DNA of 64,000 bases. It comes from Negaprion brevirostris. Lineage: Eukaryota. The stretch lies in the NCBI GenBank assembly GCA_030324005.1, contig JARDVH010000169.1, positions 12,935,571 through 12,999,570 of the forward strand. The letters run 5' to 3'. The notes beneath the pieces were generated by a model, which did no database searches, was not told the origin of the DNA, and saw only the letters and a program-made list of their open reading frames with translations. The position numbers were made by a program, and so were the translations under genes. Shown here piece by piece: positions 12,431 through 26,902 of this stretch (positions are counted from its first letter, which is position 1; each line of letters begins with the position of its first letter).

Positions 12431-15400
12431 ACTTTTATTGAAACATCCTTTTAAATGTGGGCGCAAATGGCAAACAAGCATGAATTATTTCACATAAGCA
12501 GTGACTGAATTGAATATGTTACAGAGTGTGCATATTTGATAAGAAATTCTGTTAAACCAATATGTTGAGAAGACCTGCATCATGAATCATCACCTCACTG
12601 GATTTGAATGCCTCGGTTGTGTACTTCAAGTTAAATTAGTGAGCCTCTTAGTTGGTCTTTAAAGATTTTGGATTCCATAGTCTGGACAATGACTTGTTTA
12701 CACCAGTGAATGAATGCTGACTATTGTCTATGCTATACTCAAGAAGGTGTCAAAATTGTTTCTGACATTGAAATGTCAGTGATGAAAGTGTTCACCTGTT
12801 TATATCACCCTGAGCAATTTCTGAATTCATATCAGTGATGGTTACTAATAAATTTGACATGTTCTCATCCAGGGGTACAGGCTTTACAGTGCAGCCTATA
12901 ACCACATGTTTGTTAGCAGTTGGAGAGGGACACAGAGGGGTAGGACTCCTGAAACCGCACTAAAAAATCTAAAACAACATTTTATTAAAAGGAGCAGATC
13001 ACACAGAAGGGATTATGGTCGCTGGCATATGTAGAAAATCATTAAACAAAACAAAAATAGCTCAAAACACCAACCTGGAACTATGACATAAAGCAAGACA
13101 AAATGTTTGTTTTCTACATTATCTACGTCACTGAAACTTTTTCATAGAACTGGTTTTAAAATGAGTAACAGCTAAAATTCCACTAATTTTCACCAGCTCA
13201 TTTTAAAAACACAGAAGATTGAAAACACATTTTGATTGTATATAATCCCGGTTACAAAAAAAATAATTTCTACTGGCATTTCTGAACAATCTCATCAAGT
13301 CAAAAGGCAACTTTACCCTGCTTAAAAAAAAACAAACAAATGGTTCAGTGTGGTTCAAATTAGCTCAGAATCGAGCCCTACATTGGAGACTCTTGACTCT
13401 CTACCTGCTACATGTAGCCCTACGCAGAACAGATTTGAGCAGTGTCAACTTTTCACTGTCTGGATACTAGTATGCTGATCAAAACTGCCCATAAATCAGG
13501 GCAAGAAAGGCATTAAAGCCAGCTGCCTCACTTAGATCACAAAGATAGCAGTTGTGTGGAAAAATAGGAGGCATTCCCTGCAGCCTTTTTCTCAGATTTG
13601 AGCTCCGGCATTGTCAAATAATATGGTCATGGCACTAAAGTCGTTTCCATATTTCATGAAAATAAAGTCACAATCCAAAACAGACAGCAACATGGGATGA
13701 AAATTAGTGGTGGTTTTGGATGCCTTCCACAGCGTGGGCATCAATTTAGTGGAAGTCAAATTTACATTTATACCTAACTTTTTATGATTCTTAATTACTT
13801 AAAATGAGCAGCACAAGCAGATGATGAGCTGTGGGATATGATCTATATCCCACTCAGCTGGTAATCATAACTCACTTGTAATTGTTAGCTGTGAGTTGTC
13901 AGGCTATTCTGCTATAGGAAATAAATCGTATTTCACAGCTCAACACATATCTTTGATTTACGTTACACCTGGCTATACTATAGCCAAGCTTGGAATGCTT
14001 AATGACAACCCAGGGTGCTTAAAGTGGAAAATGTTTCACTGCCAGCACTGATATTCACCCATCTTAATGAACATTAAAATTCACCATTTTCTTTTACATC
14101 TCAAGTAGTAAATGTTCATAATTGGCTCTCCGATAAAATTCTCAGTCATCTCCTCTGAGCTTCTTACTGATGGGCTGTGTAGAGATCCAATTTAACAATA
14201 CAGGCAGTGGCATTCCCAAATCTTACAGGTCAGAAAATGTGACAAATTGTATGGGAGATTGCACACGCCACTGGAAAAATTAAGTATAATTGTTCAATCT
14301 GTCCAAGTTCTGGAGGAATCAGTAGGATCCACTGATAGAACAAAATGGATAAAATTGGGTATATTCTGGGTAGTCTGTCCCTACCCCACAGACTTGTGTT
14401 CTTTCCATTCGTTAGTGACTGCACAAATGAGTGCAAGCTCAAAAGGGAGACTGCAAATGAAATCTACAGAGTCCGCCTGAGAAATAATGAAGTGGGTGAT
14501 ACGAGGTGTAACTAAGGTTTCCAGAGGTAGAGGGCTTTACTTGCAGGAAGAGGAGAGCAGTTTCATTAGAGTTACTTTAAAATAATTTACACCAATAATA
14601 CAGTTTGGAGGCAGTGGGAGTAGAGTGAGGCTGATATTTTTAAATTGAAAATATCCTAGTGGATCATCCATGCTGTTGCTCACCGTTGTCAGATGTTGAA
14701 CCAGGATGGGCATCAACCGCCAGAGGGGTCAGAGAAGCATTTTTCCCTGTGTGGGCTCTGGGCTTTTTAAAATTTCCTCTCTCGGTGATTATATGGCCCT
14801 GAGGGTGGGTAGGAGGGAAGGAGTGGTTCATTCATGATGTTCCAATGATCATGCTGCTGGGTAGACTAGAGGGACAAGCTGGTCTTTCCCTGCCAGTCAG
14901 TCTTGTCGGTTATTTTATTAAGGCAGGAACATGGGACAGTGTATTATTCTGCTGCTAAACTGGAGCAGCGTGCAATCAGTCCCTCCTTTCTATGGCTGCA
15001 TAGTCTGACTGCTGTGTAGACACCTTGAAGCTAATTGGAAGGCAATTGTTCTTGGTGGACCCAGAAATAAATGGCAGCATGCTCTTTGGAGCGACAGATA
15101 TAATTTTCGCAGAATATTTTAAACAACAGAATAATATTAAGAAATAAAATATAAAACAATCAACAGGAATAGCCTGTCAGCCAGTTAGGAACACTGCTTC
15201 GCTGCTGTGCTGACTGATCTCAACAGTGGGAAGCTTGCATGCTTAAACTTTAATATATCCACTCAGCAAAACTGCATGAAAAAGAATTAATGGCATCCCC
15301 TGCTGTTGAATAAAATACAGTCTTTCAACATACCGGACTGCTTTATGCTGCAGCTGCACAGAATTGGCTGAGGGGCTTCTTGTTTTGCAGTAAATTATAT

Positions 15401-18369
15401 TTTTAAAAAATTTTTTTTCTAAAAAGTCTCCAAGAGGGTAGAGTTGCCTTTGAACTAACTTACTAATGAGTCAACATGCTATCCACCCCCCCTCCACTTC
15501 ACAATTAACTTCTTTTCTCTGAGACCAGAATACTTAAAGCTCTTGTTTGGAATTTCTGTGATGTTTTATTTTATATTTAGATGCTTCAGTGGGGTCATTG
15601 TCATGTTAACAAAGCCATTATCTGAAGCTTGCCATTTTTCGATTCAGAAACAGCAGCACAATCTCAGTTTATAAAGTAAAACATTTCTTGTTCCAGTTTT
15701 AAAATTAAATTGCTATGTATTATAATTTGAGAACACAGCAGATTAGGTAGTTGTCTAGTATCAAGGTTTCCTTAGTCTTAAAAGACTATCACAGAATTCC
15801 ATTGCAAGACAAGCACTTAAAAGAAAATGTCTGATAACATATAGTTTAAGCATTAAAAACACCCTGGGGATGAATAGCTCTGGCTGCCTTTGCAGAGTCA
15901 ACATATGGCAAGGACAGTGGGGTGCGAACATTAATGGTCCTAATCTTCCTCAGTCACAAAACATAATTCAGTGAACCCCCGCTGCTTTGCCTCTATGTTG
16001 CCCAGAAACTGTTTGCAAACCTGCCAATGAATTGGTAAAAATAAAGGCCTCTTCTTCAATCAAAACAGTGGAAATGTAATCAGCACCAGGGACTCTTGTA
16101 CCAGGAGTGACTCTTCTGGGGTTGATCAAGTGATGGCTGGTGCTGGTAAGTACAGCTGCGTATGGTCATGGTTCTGCACTATTAGGATGGAAACCTGCCA
16201 CAAAGTGCGCGTGGCTCTGAGAAGCTATGTGCCTGGCATTACCAAGCTAAGGGTGCCTAAATTGCATATAAATTAGCCAACTGTCCAATATTAAGCTTTC
16301 AAGACCTTACCAGCATTGCTTTTATATTATTAAATGGCTGCTAGTTGGTGGGCCTTTCAGCTATGTTCAGCTGTCTGTTTAAAGGGAACCCTGCTTGGCA
16401 ACTGTAGCTAGTTGTAAACAGATTCCATGATTTCTCCACTTTGTTGTTCCCTTTGCTTTTGCTGCAGAAGTTACTGAAGCTTCTTAAAGCTGCACTCCTT
16501 CTCCCTTTTGTGTGTGTATCCAAGAGAAGTGGCCAAACCTAAAGAAGATCAAAACGTTCAAAGGAAAGGTCATCAGCTAGAAACATTAAATCTGTTCCCT
16601 CCTTACAGGTGCTGCCTAACTTGCTGACCACTGCCAGCCTTTCAGAACTCAGTATTTCGCTTTTACCTAAATGTGTCCCACTGGATATCTTTATTCACCC
16701 GCAGGTTATGGAGATATGGAAGGAGCATAAAGAACAGTTGTCTGTACACTTCAGAAGCGGGACACAGGCATATTATTATATTGCCGGCTGGGTATTACAG
16801 TCAAGGCAATGTACAAGGCTTAAGCACCCGAGAAGTTGAAGGATCACTGGTGAGGCAGTGACAGAACTGAGTCATCTCCTTCAGCCAAGCACTGAAGTCA
16901 GTCTGAGGACAAGGCCAGTTCACAAAGGCTGATCTTTCCAATCAACAGGAGCTACTTGTGAAACCTCATGATCTGTAGTGCATGAATGCACTCTTCAGGT
17001 AAGAGACACATTGCTTGTTCAAGCCGCAGATTTCAGTAATTTCTCCNNNNNNNNNNNNNNNNNNNNNNNNNNNNNNNNNNNNNNNNNNNNNNNNNNNNNN
17101 NNNNNNNNNNNNNNNNNNNNNNNNNNNNNNNNNNNNNNNNNNNNNNNNNNNNNNNNNNNNNNNNNNNNNNNNNNNNNNNNNNNNNNNNNNNNNNNNNNNN
17201 NNNNNNNNNNNNNNNNNNNNNNNNNNNNNNNNNNNNNNNNNNNNNNNNNNNNNNNNNNNNNNNNNNNNNNNNNNNNNNNNNNNNNNNNNNNNNNNNNNNN
17301 NNNNNNNNNNNNNNNNNNNNNNNNNNNNNNNNNNNNNNNAGGAAATCTTTTAGTAAGGCCTGAGTTCTACATTCTGCTGGCCCTTACAAACTTTCTTCTA
17401 CACAACAAATTAAAGAAAAAACTAGCACCAACCAGTGGCTGAAAGATGCCCTAATGGGATCAAGTTGATATTTGCAGAAAATTCAGCAAGAGTCTTAATG
17501 TTGCAAAAGGCTGTCTTTCTAGTTCAGAGTCTGAGCCATTCACTATGCAACAGTCTCCTGTATGTTTTGCAATACCTTGCCAAAAATCTGGCTTTTCACC
17601 TTTGCCCTGAACCTTGCACCAAGATTCATGATATCACTTTTAATCTTTCCCATCCCAATGCGCTCTCACAATACATTAGTACACTAGTTTAGAAAAATGT
17701 AATTCATCATGACAATGTAGGATGCAGGAGTTCCGCATATTAATTCCATACAGCTTCACAGAAATGGAGAGCGAAATCTTTGCTTCAGGGGCTGGCAACT
17801 GGAGCTGGGACGGCTTCTGGGTTTTGCAGCTGTTCCTAAGAGGATGGGACGAGTAAAGAGTCACTCTGAACGGGGTGGAGAGAGGGAGAGACAGGGAATT
17901 CTTCTACAGCACAGCCTTTGGCTGGAAGCACAGCCTGCTATGGAATACTCACCTCCAGGTAGTGATATAGTCTATAATGTTGGGATACTGCAGGCCGATA
18001 GGAAAATCTCAGTCCACCTGATTCAGCTGCTCTTCACAAGGCTTTTAACAAGCCGAGCCATGTAGGGCCCTGAACACTGCCTCCCCTAAATGGCTGGGCC
18101 TGGAATGTGGTTGGGAAACCAGCACACCTGCTGGTGCTGGAAAACTCTGTCCTGTGTCTGAGTTTAGGACTATGTGAAAGGAGGCCATGGATGAGTAAAA
18201 GTCTCTGCAGGTTTCTGTCGCTGAGCCAGGCAGTCATATCACATTGCACAGAGATGTGTTAGACATTTTCACAGATGTCCCCAAACTTAGACAGCTTGGG
18301 CACCCAAATAGTTGCTTGAAATGTGATAGTGAGCCATCAAACTGCATTCCTGATGTCCAGCTTTCTCCC

Positions 18370-19090
18370 ATAAGATGTAGGGGTAGAGGTAAGCCATTCA
18401 GCCCATTGAGTCTGCTCTGCAATTCGATGAGATCAAGACTTTTATGATAATCCTCAACTCCACTTTTACATCTTACCACCACAACCCTCGAATCCCTCAG
18501 TGATTAAAAATCTATCTCAGCCTTGAACATACCTAACGACACAGCCTCTACAGCCCTCTGCGGTAACAAATTCCACAGATTCACTACCCTCAGAGAAGAA
18601 ATGCCTCCTCATCACTGTCTTAAATGGGTGACCCCTTCCTTTGAGTTTATGCCCTCTAGTCCTAGGCTCTCCCACAAGGGGGAATAACCTCTCAGCATCT
18701 ACTCTGTCAAGCCCCATGAGAATCCCATCTGTCTCAACAAGGTCGACTCACATTCTTCTAAACTCCAATGAGTACAAGCCCAACCTACTCAACCTCTCCT
18801 CATAAGGAATCCCTCCATACTTGGGATCGACCTAGTGTACCTTCTCTGGACTGCCTCCAATGCCAGTATATCTTTTCATAGATATGGAGACCAAAACCAT
18901 TCACAATATTCCAATTGCCATCTGACTAGTGCCTTGTATAGATTTAGCAAGAGTTCCCTATTTTTATACTTCATTCCCAAAAGGCTGATATTCCATTTCC
19001 CTTCCCAACTGCCTGTTGAACTTGCATGCTAGCCTTTTGTGATTTATGCATGAGGACCCCCAAATTCCTCTGCGCTGCAGCTTTCTGACT
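18370..19090 (-). mobile_element. CR1 LINE 3' fragment
   Basis: ORF 18517..18717 GLDRVDAERLFPLVGEPRTRGHKLK...FKTVMRRHFFSE is the CR1 ORF2 C-terminus. Confidence 0.9.
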
Positions 19091-21134
19091 TCCTGGTCAG
19101 CTTTTGCACCTCCTCTATTGCCACTGCCACAAATTTGTTCCTAATTTATTGATGAAGTGCCCCCTTCTACAACACATTAAATTAACACCTCGGAGTGGAT
19201 GGATCTGCGCTGCTTTTTTTGTGCAGTCTTTTCCTGCAAATACACAGAAGGGAGATACGTCGGAATGAGGAATCAAAGAGGTGTGTGTCAAAGTGACTGC
19301 CTCATGTCAACCCTTGAACATCTGCCACCTGGTCTTGGCAACAAATTTGATATATACAGCTGCCAGGTTTAGTGGATATAGGGAAGCATGGGTTTGGGGA
19401 TGCCAGTTCATTTGGAATATAGGTGAGCAGTCCCCAGATTGTGTTTCATTATCCCTCTCTGATACTTCACCAAGCTTCCAATGAATGCTGCTGAGATGGA
19501 ATGTGGGACAAGTTTAGAAAATTCAGCAAAGCATAAAGACATTTATTCACAAACTTCTTCCTACCTGGGTCCCAGGATCTGGCCGGAATTGACACAGCAT
19601 GCACTCTTCCACCAAACTTCATCCAGGTTGGTCTGGCATTGTTTTTCCACTGATGGAAATCTCTGTACTCCAAAATCAATCAGCCTCCCCTGACCCACCT
19701 CCAAAGCTGCAATCTTATTCGCTGACTTGCTCCAGCCATTTCTCTCTCTAACAAGCCAACATTCCTAGGAGAATAGCTGCCCTTTAAGAACTGCTGCCAC
19801 TAGATGAGATGCTCTTTGACCCAAATGTGTACCCAACCCATCATGTGTCCATGAACTAGGGACTCTGAGATGGTGGAAATTTGCCAAGCTCACATTCTGA
19901 TGCAAGGTCAACTAAGGACACAGTAGACATGTGAAGCAACTGGTGTGTCCTAGCCACCATTGCAATACTGGGATCCCAATATTGCTTCCACAGTGTGATG
20001 GTGCTGCAAATAGGAAATATATGCTGCCAGATGCCAGGACAGCATCTCAATGGTGAATCCAGAAAAATAAAACCTAGTGCCTAATAATGTACTCTGTGAA
20101 AGAGATATTGGTGGTATTACAGTATTTTCCTGGATAACAATTTATGTGTTGAATAAATTTGCTGAACTTTTTGTTTGCATTTGCAGGGCTGAACTCTACT
20201 TTTCCTACTGAAACAATGGGAATAAGATAAATGCACTGCTGTCATGATGCCACATCATGTTCTTTCTATTGGACTCATTCAGAATAAAATGGTCAACATC
20301 TTATTCTAAACAGCATAATCCAAGGAATTCAGGTTGAAGAAACTGCAATTTGCAAGCGACTTCTCATTGTAATCTGTGCCGAGGCTTCTGAGTGCTACTG
20401 TTTAAAGCTTCACACAGCTGAACTGCCCAAACATAAATATTAACAAATGTTTTATGAATTTGACATAATCCAATTCCAATTCTAAAGCAGAACACTACCC
20501 AAAACTTGGAATAAATTGGCAACTCACTGCAAAATCCAATTATTCCCAGACACCTTTTTCTTTCATTGTATTGCCTTTAAAGACCCTGCGATTCTTCATT
20601 CAAATCTTGTCACACTTCCACTCAGTTTAAAGTCTTAGAATATGCTTCCTTTCACAGTCCTTTCCTCCAACAGTAACTCCCTTTCTCTTTGCACGGAACT
20701 GCTTCAGCCGTCAATCTATCCGATCTGCTAACCTACGTCACCTTATGACCTTATGTTGTTGTGGAGAAGTCATATTCTACTTGAAACGCTAACTCTTTCT
20801 CTCTCCACAGATGCTGCAAGGCCTATTGAGTATTTTCAGCATTTTGCTTCTATTTCATATTTGCCGCATGCACAGTAATCCTCATCCTGTAATCCGCCAT
20901 GTTCTCCTGAATTTGACATCATCAGCCAATTTCATTATCAGTTCTCTTCTGCGTCTGGCCAAAATCATCTTATTAAATGGAAAAAAGTATGAACAACGTT
21001 ATCCATGTAATTTCAATCCAAAACGAATCTATTTAGCTTTGCTTTCTGCTTTTTCTCCCCCACTGGTCCCTCTATGTGGCTACATTTCCTTTAATATGTA
21101 ATGGTGTCACAGCAAACCATGAGATGAACAACAT

Positions 21135-21420
21135 TCATAGAATCCCTACAGTGCAGATGTAGGCCATATGCACCAATGACAATTCCATCCAGGACCTATC
21201 CCCGTAACACAGTATATTTACCCTACTAATCCTCCTGACACTAATTTACCGCGGCCAATCAACCTAATCTGCCCCTCCTTGGACTGTGGGAGGAAACTGC
21301 AGCATCTGGAGGAAACCTATGTAGAACACGTGTGAAGGTGCAGACTTCACACAGACACCGGAGGCCAGAATTGAACCCAGATCCCCGGCGCTGTGCAGCA
21401 GCAGTGCTAACCACTGAGCA
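21135..21420 (-). mobile_element. tRNA-derived V-SINE (HE1-like)
   Basis: Reverse strand has A box (agtggttagcactgctgc), B box (gggttcaattc), V domain (gtttcctcccacagtccaa) and tail gggattctatga. Confidence 0.85.
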
Positions 21421-21499
21421 TCTTTGGAGTACCTCCCAGTCCAATGCTGGGAGCTCAGAGAATACAGTCCAACATATTGTGAAATTGCAAAATTTGATT

Positions 21500-22030
21500 A
21501 AATTAACTTGTATTTCTTTGCACTATTAACACTATAAAAATGTCCCAAGATGCTTCCCAGGAATGTAAATCATACAAAAAATTGATTCAAGTCCTTGAGA
21601 GATATTGGCACAGGTGACCAAAGTCTTGGTCAGAAGAGGTGGGCTTTGAGGGGGGATTCCAGAGTTTAGGGCCAGAACAAAAATATGGCGAAGAGATGAA
21701 ATGGACAGTACAAAAATTGTTTCCCTTGGTGGAGAATTCTAGAATCAGGGGACATAGATTCAAAATACGTGGCAGAAGGTGTAGAAAGGACATGAGGAAG
21801 AACTTTATTTCGCAGAGGATAGTGGGTGTCAGGAATTCACTACCCGAGTTGGTGGTGGGAGCAGTGACCCTAAACTCTTTTTAAAAAAGTACCTGGATCT
21901 GCACCTACAGGGCTATGGGACAGGTGCAGGAAGGTGGGATGAGAAAGAGCACCTAGATGTCTTTCGACTGGCATGGACAAGATGGGCCGAATGGTCTCCT
22001 TCTGTGCTGTAGCTTTTCCATGGTTCTAAC
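21500..22030. mobile_element. L2-like 3' fragment (-, ~21500-21675) adjoining a CR1 3' end (+, ~21700-22030)
   Basis: KLFPLVENSRIRGHRFKIRGRR...MRKNFISQRIVGVRNSLP (CR1); gggattccagagtttagggcc (L2-like, reversed). Confidence 0.75.
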
Positions 22031-23709
22031 AGCCAAAGACAAGGCCGCCAGTGGCTAAGTGAGTGGTGAAAGTAGGTCATCTTGGTGATGGAGAGGGTAT
22101 GGGGTCAGAAGCTCTGTTCTGGGTNNNNNNNNNNNNNNNNNNNNNNNNNNNNNNNNNNNNNNNNNNNNNNNNNNNNNNNNNNNNNNNNNNNNNNNNNNNN
22201 NNNNNNNNNNNNNNNNNNNNNNNNATCCTTAGTGACTCCACAGGTAATGATGCAGGGAAGAAAAGCCGTTACAGGTGATTCTCTGGCGACACCAAGATAA
22301 AAATTGAACCAGAGGCAAACAGTTCCACTCATCTGGATTACTGTGTCGAGGTGTTGGAGAATGGTGTGGTCCCAAAACCGACCTCTCACATTTGTGTAAC
22401 AATGGCATAATTTCCCTGACAAATCTCTGAAATGGTACCTTGTCAAATGCCTTCAGAAAATACAACAATCCTATTGCATTTTTCTACCTAAACATCCCAT
22501 AGTTTTCTCATCACAAGCATTTTGAAGGAAAACTGTATCCCTCAAATGTATTCAGCCCATATTCCTGATCAGCCCAAAAAGGGGTAGAGAAGTGTAATAA
22601 TATAAAACAAACCCATAATTTGGCTGGGTTTTTACAGCTAAAGTGTTACCAATTAAAAGGGAAACATTGTAGTGAAGGAATGAATGTAACGTGTTGTCCT
22701 TTTTAATCAGTATTTTCCCAAAGTATTGGGACAATTCTTAGGCTTTTTCCCCGATGCCGACTGTTCCTGTAGATTATCACCAATGCCTGCTCAACTACAA
22801 AAAGGTGGGAATGGGCTGATTATCTCTTCTCAAATAAATAATCACCACTCCCACAATTGGAGATATCTTTGGATAATTACTGAGATGAGACACATGGGCC
22901 CATGTCAACCCAAACATCACCAGAGACGTGACACATAGTCAATGTCAGCTCAGGCTTTCCGGGCTGATATTAAGCAGTGTTACTAAACTTTTCTAAACTG
23001 AGCCTCAATTGCGCCTTTGTGATGTCTCTAAAATATGCTCATGACTGTATGTTTAAAAAAAAATTCATTTGTTTGCGAACATCCACTTTTATAGGTAGGA
23101 TATAGCAGCTTCGCTGAACATTAAATACTGGCTTGAAGCGGAGCCTTAAAAGAACATCTTATCAAATACTCTGTGGCTTACCACATAATGGGCAAGTGTG
23201 TGAAAAGTATCACTTGATATGTACTTGCATGGCTGAGATCGAGAAACTGGATCGCCCTGCGTAATGGATCACTCGGCTTCTCGGTAAACAGTGACTGAGC
23301 TTGACCTGTAATTAAATGACCTTCCCATCAGGCCCAGGCACCTGTCAACATGTCTGTCGATTTGTAAACTGCGGAGGTGACCTTACAGAAGGAGTTGCAG
23401 CACCGAACACATCTTCGGGGATCTGACACACCCAGTGTCAGGTTTTGGATATTTTCTTTTGTGATTCTGGGCAAAAGTACAAAAAAAGGCTGAAAAAAAG
23501 CTTCTTAATCAAATGAGTGCAATGGGAGTTTACAATTTCTCCAAAACATTTTAACGTGTCGGCGGCAGCATTTGTACTTTGCATAACAGGATGTGGGACG
23601 GAAATTGAAATTTGGAATGCACACTCGGCCTTTATTTTACCATTTGAAGCAGGTTTGGGAGATCCAGGGCTGCAGTGATTAATCACAATAAATAGAGATG
23701 ATATTTTAC

Positions 23710-23880
23710 CAAGCCCCCGAGGATGAAGAAGACCATAAAAAGCCGTCCAAGCGTTGTCCTTGCATAAACATCTCCATAACCAACTGTGGACATTGTGACC
23801 ATAAGTAAGTAGACACATTCCCAATATGTCAGCGGTTGGGAATTTTGGAAGTTTTCCCACGGATCCCCTGAGTTCTCCAC
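23710..23880 (-). CDS. KCNMA1: KCNMA1 exon 8 (turret, pore helix, TVGYGD filter, S6), [57 protein letters not shown]
   Basis: 171 nt; acceptor ctcatag|GTG, donor TTG|gtaaaa; K+ channel signature TVGYGD; overlaps ORF 23683..23880. Confidence 0.99.
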
Positions 23881-24269
23881 CTATGAGCAGCAAAAGGAGA
23901 AGACAGTCATTAAGAATCTTGAGGCTGGAAGGAGCTTGACAGATACGGAGAAGTGAGTGAACAACAATATAGCTTGAGCACCATCTAGTGTCGACACAGG
24001 CACACTTACACTGTTCTCAATTCTTGAGAGAGATTTATTTGATTTGAAACCATGAAAATACAACCAATAACTTCTCTTTTGTTTGTTCCTCATCACGGAA
24101 TACTCGGGATCTGCAGAACCACATTCTGTAAAGCCCTGCTCACACTGCATTTCATGCTTGTGTTTCAGATCTGTTAAAGACACAAGTGCTGCAGGGGACC
24201 AAGGGAAACGGAAGGACTGACAAGCTTGAAAGAATTTCCTTCGCCAATTCCCTCCCAATATATCAAAAT

Positions 24270-24570
24270 ACATAGAACATAGAGAAAGAGGCCACTCAGT
24301 TCAACCAGTTCCTGCCAGATTTAAGTTCTGCTCGAATCTCCCTCCATCCTTCTTCATATCAATCATTCACCATAACCCTCTTTGCCCTTCCTTCTCATAT
24401 GTTTATTCAGCTTCCCCTTAAATGCATCAATATGCTTCACTTCAAGCACGCCCAATGATAGCAAGTTCCACATTCTCACAACTCCTGGGTAAAGAAGTTT
24501 TTTTCTAAATTGCGTATTTGATTTCTTGGTAACTAGTCTGATACTGGCAGCCTCTATTTAAGCTCTTCCA
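24270..24570 (-). mobile_element. Old CR1 3' fragment
   Basis: catagaacatag tail, gaggccactcag, agcaagttccacattctcacaactcctgggtaaagaag. Confidence 0.65.
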
Positions 24571-24649
24571 CACAATGGGATTTCTGAAGTCATTGACACT
24601 GATCTGAGATCTGCTTCCATAATCTGCTGTGGTTCATCTCCCAGTCAGT

Positions 24650-24953
24650 CACTAGTTGCCCGAGGGCAGTTGAGAGTCAACCACATTGCTGTGGGTCTGG
24701 AGTCACATGTAGGCCAGACTAGGTAAAGATGGCAGACTTCCTTCCCTAAAGGACATAAGTGAACCAGATGGGCTTTTCCGACAATTAACAACGGTTTGAT
24801 GGTCATTGATAGATTCTTAATTCCAGGTTTTTTTAAAATTGAATTAGAATTCCACCAGCTGCCATGGCGAGATTCAAATTCGGGTCCCCAGGACATTAGC
24901 AGAGTTTCTGAATCAATAATCTAGTGATAATATTCACTAGGCCATTGCCTCCC
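24650..24953 (-). mobile_element. tRNA-derived SINE sharing its 3' tail with the LINE family at 10230-11600
   Basis: Reverse strand starts gggaggcaatggcctagtg (A box) with a B-box-like ccgaatttgaatc; ends ...tcaactgccctcgggcaactag; second copy (+) at ~59790-60035. Confidence 0.8.
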
Positions 24954-25719
24954 ATACATGCCTAGGTACATGTACACATACACCCGCCTTCCCCACAAGT
25001 TAGCCTCTCACAATCCCCTCAATCCCCTCTGCTAAATCCAGAAGTTTAAGGTGGGTTGGGATCAGTTTTCAGATTTTTGAAATGTTAATCACTCCACCCA
25101 TTGTGCCTGTAGCAATCTCTGCAATTGAAAAGCCTGCTGACAAAGTGCCAACCGCACGAAGTATTGAGGACTGAAGAGAATACCTGGAATCGATTACCGT
25201 GTTTTGAGAATAGGGAGAGTTAAAATAACAACATGAGGAAAATCAGAAACAAATAAGAACACTCAATCATTTTCAGTATTATTCACAACTGGACAGTAAT
25301 GATTGGCAGCAAACTCCATTTTCCACTCCCCAGTGTTAGTATTCATGATGAGGGGCATTCCAATGTCAGGTAGAATTTTCTTTATTTACTTCCTGATTAA
25401 ACTGGCCAAGGTAATGATGATAGTACCTGTAATGGATGTGCTATGGTATTAGATTTATGTCATGGCACTGTGTGGTGCGGTTACAAATTAAATAAGATTC
25501 TTCAAACAAGCATTTCAGAATGCAGTATCCCTTTAAATGAATTATTGTGTTACTGTATTAGGGCATAAAAGGTTATAAAAAAAATGATGGATCCTGTTTG
25601 CAAGGCACTAAACTGCAGATATAAGAATTCCAAGTGAGAGCATAACTTAAGTGGCACGAGAGGTGAGGAGGGGAGGGGGTGGTGGAATGTGGTGTACTAT
25701 CCGTACCGAGCTTACAGGT

Positions 25720-26330
25720 GCAACAAGTGAAGATGAAGGGCTAGTGGCATATTGAATAAAAGCGAGGAAATTATGCTACATTATTCATAGCTGTGATCAG
25801 TTTTAGGAATTTGTTTTCCTTGGGAACAGCCCAGCAATAAATCATCAGCATGTTGCTTGTGCTATAGGTCAGAGTTGTTATGAGATGCTGGGTAAATTTG
25901 GTCTATGTTCTCTGGAGTTAAGGATATTGAGTTTGTGCCTTGATTGAGATGTTCAAAGCAGTGAATAGAATAGATAGAAAACTATTCCCCCCACTCCATA
26001 AACAAATCCAGGAGAAGTGGACAAGAGGATGGAATCTGGACCAGTTACAATAAAACCCAGGAAAAGTTCAACACAAAGAAATTTTAGACTTCGGACATTG
26101 AAATCCCTCAATTGACAGATCCGTACTTAAGAATGTAAGGTATATTCTTAACTATGAATCCTTTGGAGCAAAGTCTATTGAGGTATTTCAATGTCCCAAA
26201 TCTAAAATCTAACCTTTAGTAAGGACAGGAAAATTAGATTTAAATGATATAGAGCTGCCATAATGTGCAAAAGTAGTGAAGCAGGCTCCCTGGAATGACT
26301 GGCTTCTTGCTTTTCCTGTGTTCCTATTGA
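25720..26330 (+). mobile_element. Highly decayed CR1 3' fragment
   Basis: tgttctctggagttaagg...gatttgagatgttcaaa-like segment, actattcccc, CR1-like tail ttttcctgtgttcctattg. Confidence 0.5.
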
Positions 26331-26902
26331 TGTTTGATTTATTAATAGTCAGCTATGGATTATAGACATATAGTGATAACATCACAGCCACATGTGCTCC
26401 AAAATAGATGCCACGGTGAATCAATTTCATATTCATGAAATTTATCATGGTCCCACCAAAACAGCATCTACATACTGGGTTTCAACACTGCTATCTCACT
26501 CAAATGTTCAGATGATGGTTGGAAACTCTTTATGGTACAACTGCTCTGTTATAAACAGGTGCAGCGAACTATCATTACCAGTAAATTTTCATCAGTGGGG
26601 ATATATTGAGAAATAATTTTGCAGTTGATTTATAGTTTGGCCATAGCTCTGGACTGTCCTTTTTGATCAAGATGCATTAAACACTGAGAAACGGGACTAG
26701 GTGCCAAGCAAAAACTTCGCCAACATCATGCAGATTGTAAGTTATTTACTAGACTTCAGGTAAAACACAAGTGTATGAATTATAAAATTTCAAGCAAAAT
26801 GCTATGAAGATATCTGGTATATTTATGTTTATTGAAAATTCATCTCCTGGAGAAGCTGTCGGTACAAATGATGTCTGACAGTGAACTGTATCAAATACAT
26901 AC

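Noticed and set aside
13826-13860. Short hairpins (gtgggatat/atatcccac; also tccacagg/cctgtgga near 56950-56975)
   Set aside because: 8-9 bp stems are expected by chance in 64 kb and are too short for pre-miRNAs.
17953-17987. Possible 35-nt exon in intron 8 (ctgcag|...GAG|gtgagt)
   Set aside because: Frameshifting, modest polypyrimidine tract, no other support; typical pseudo-exon.
23438-24273. Long alternative-frame ORFs overlapping or abutting exon 8 (151 aa, 130 aa), and ORFs spanning N runs elsewhere
   Set aside because: No homology recognised; these are shadows of the real exon or artefacts of X-translated gaps.
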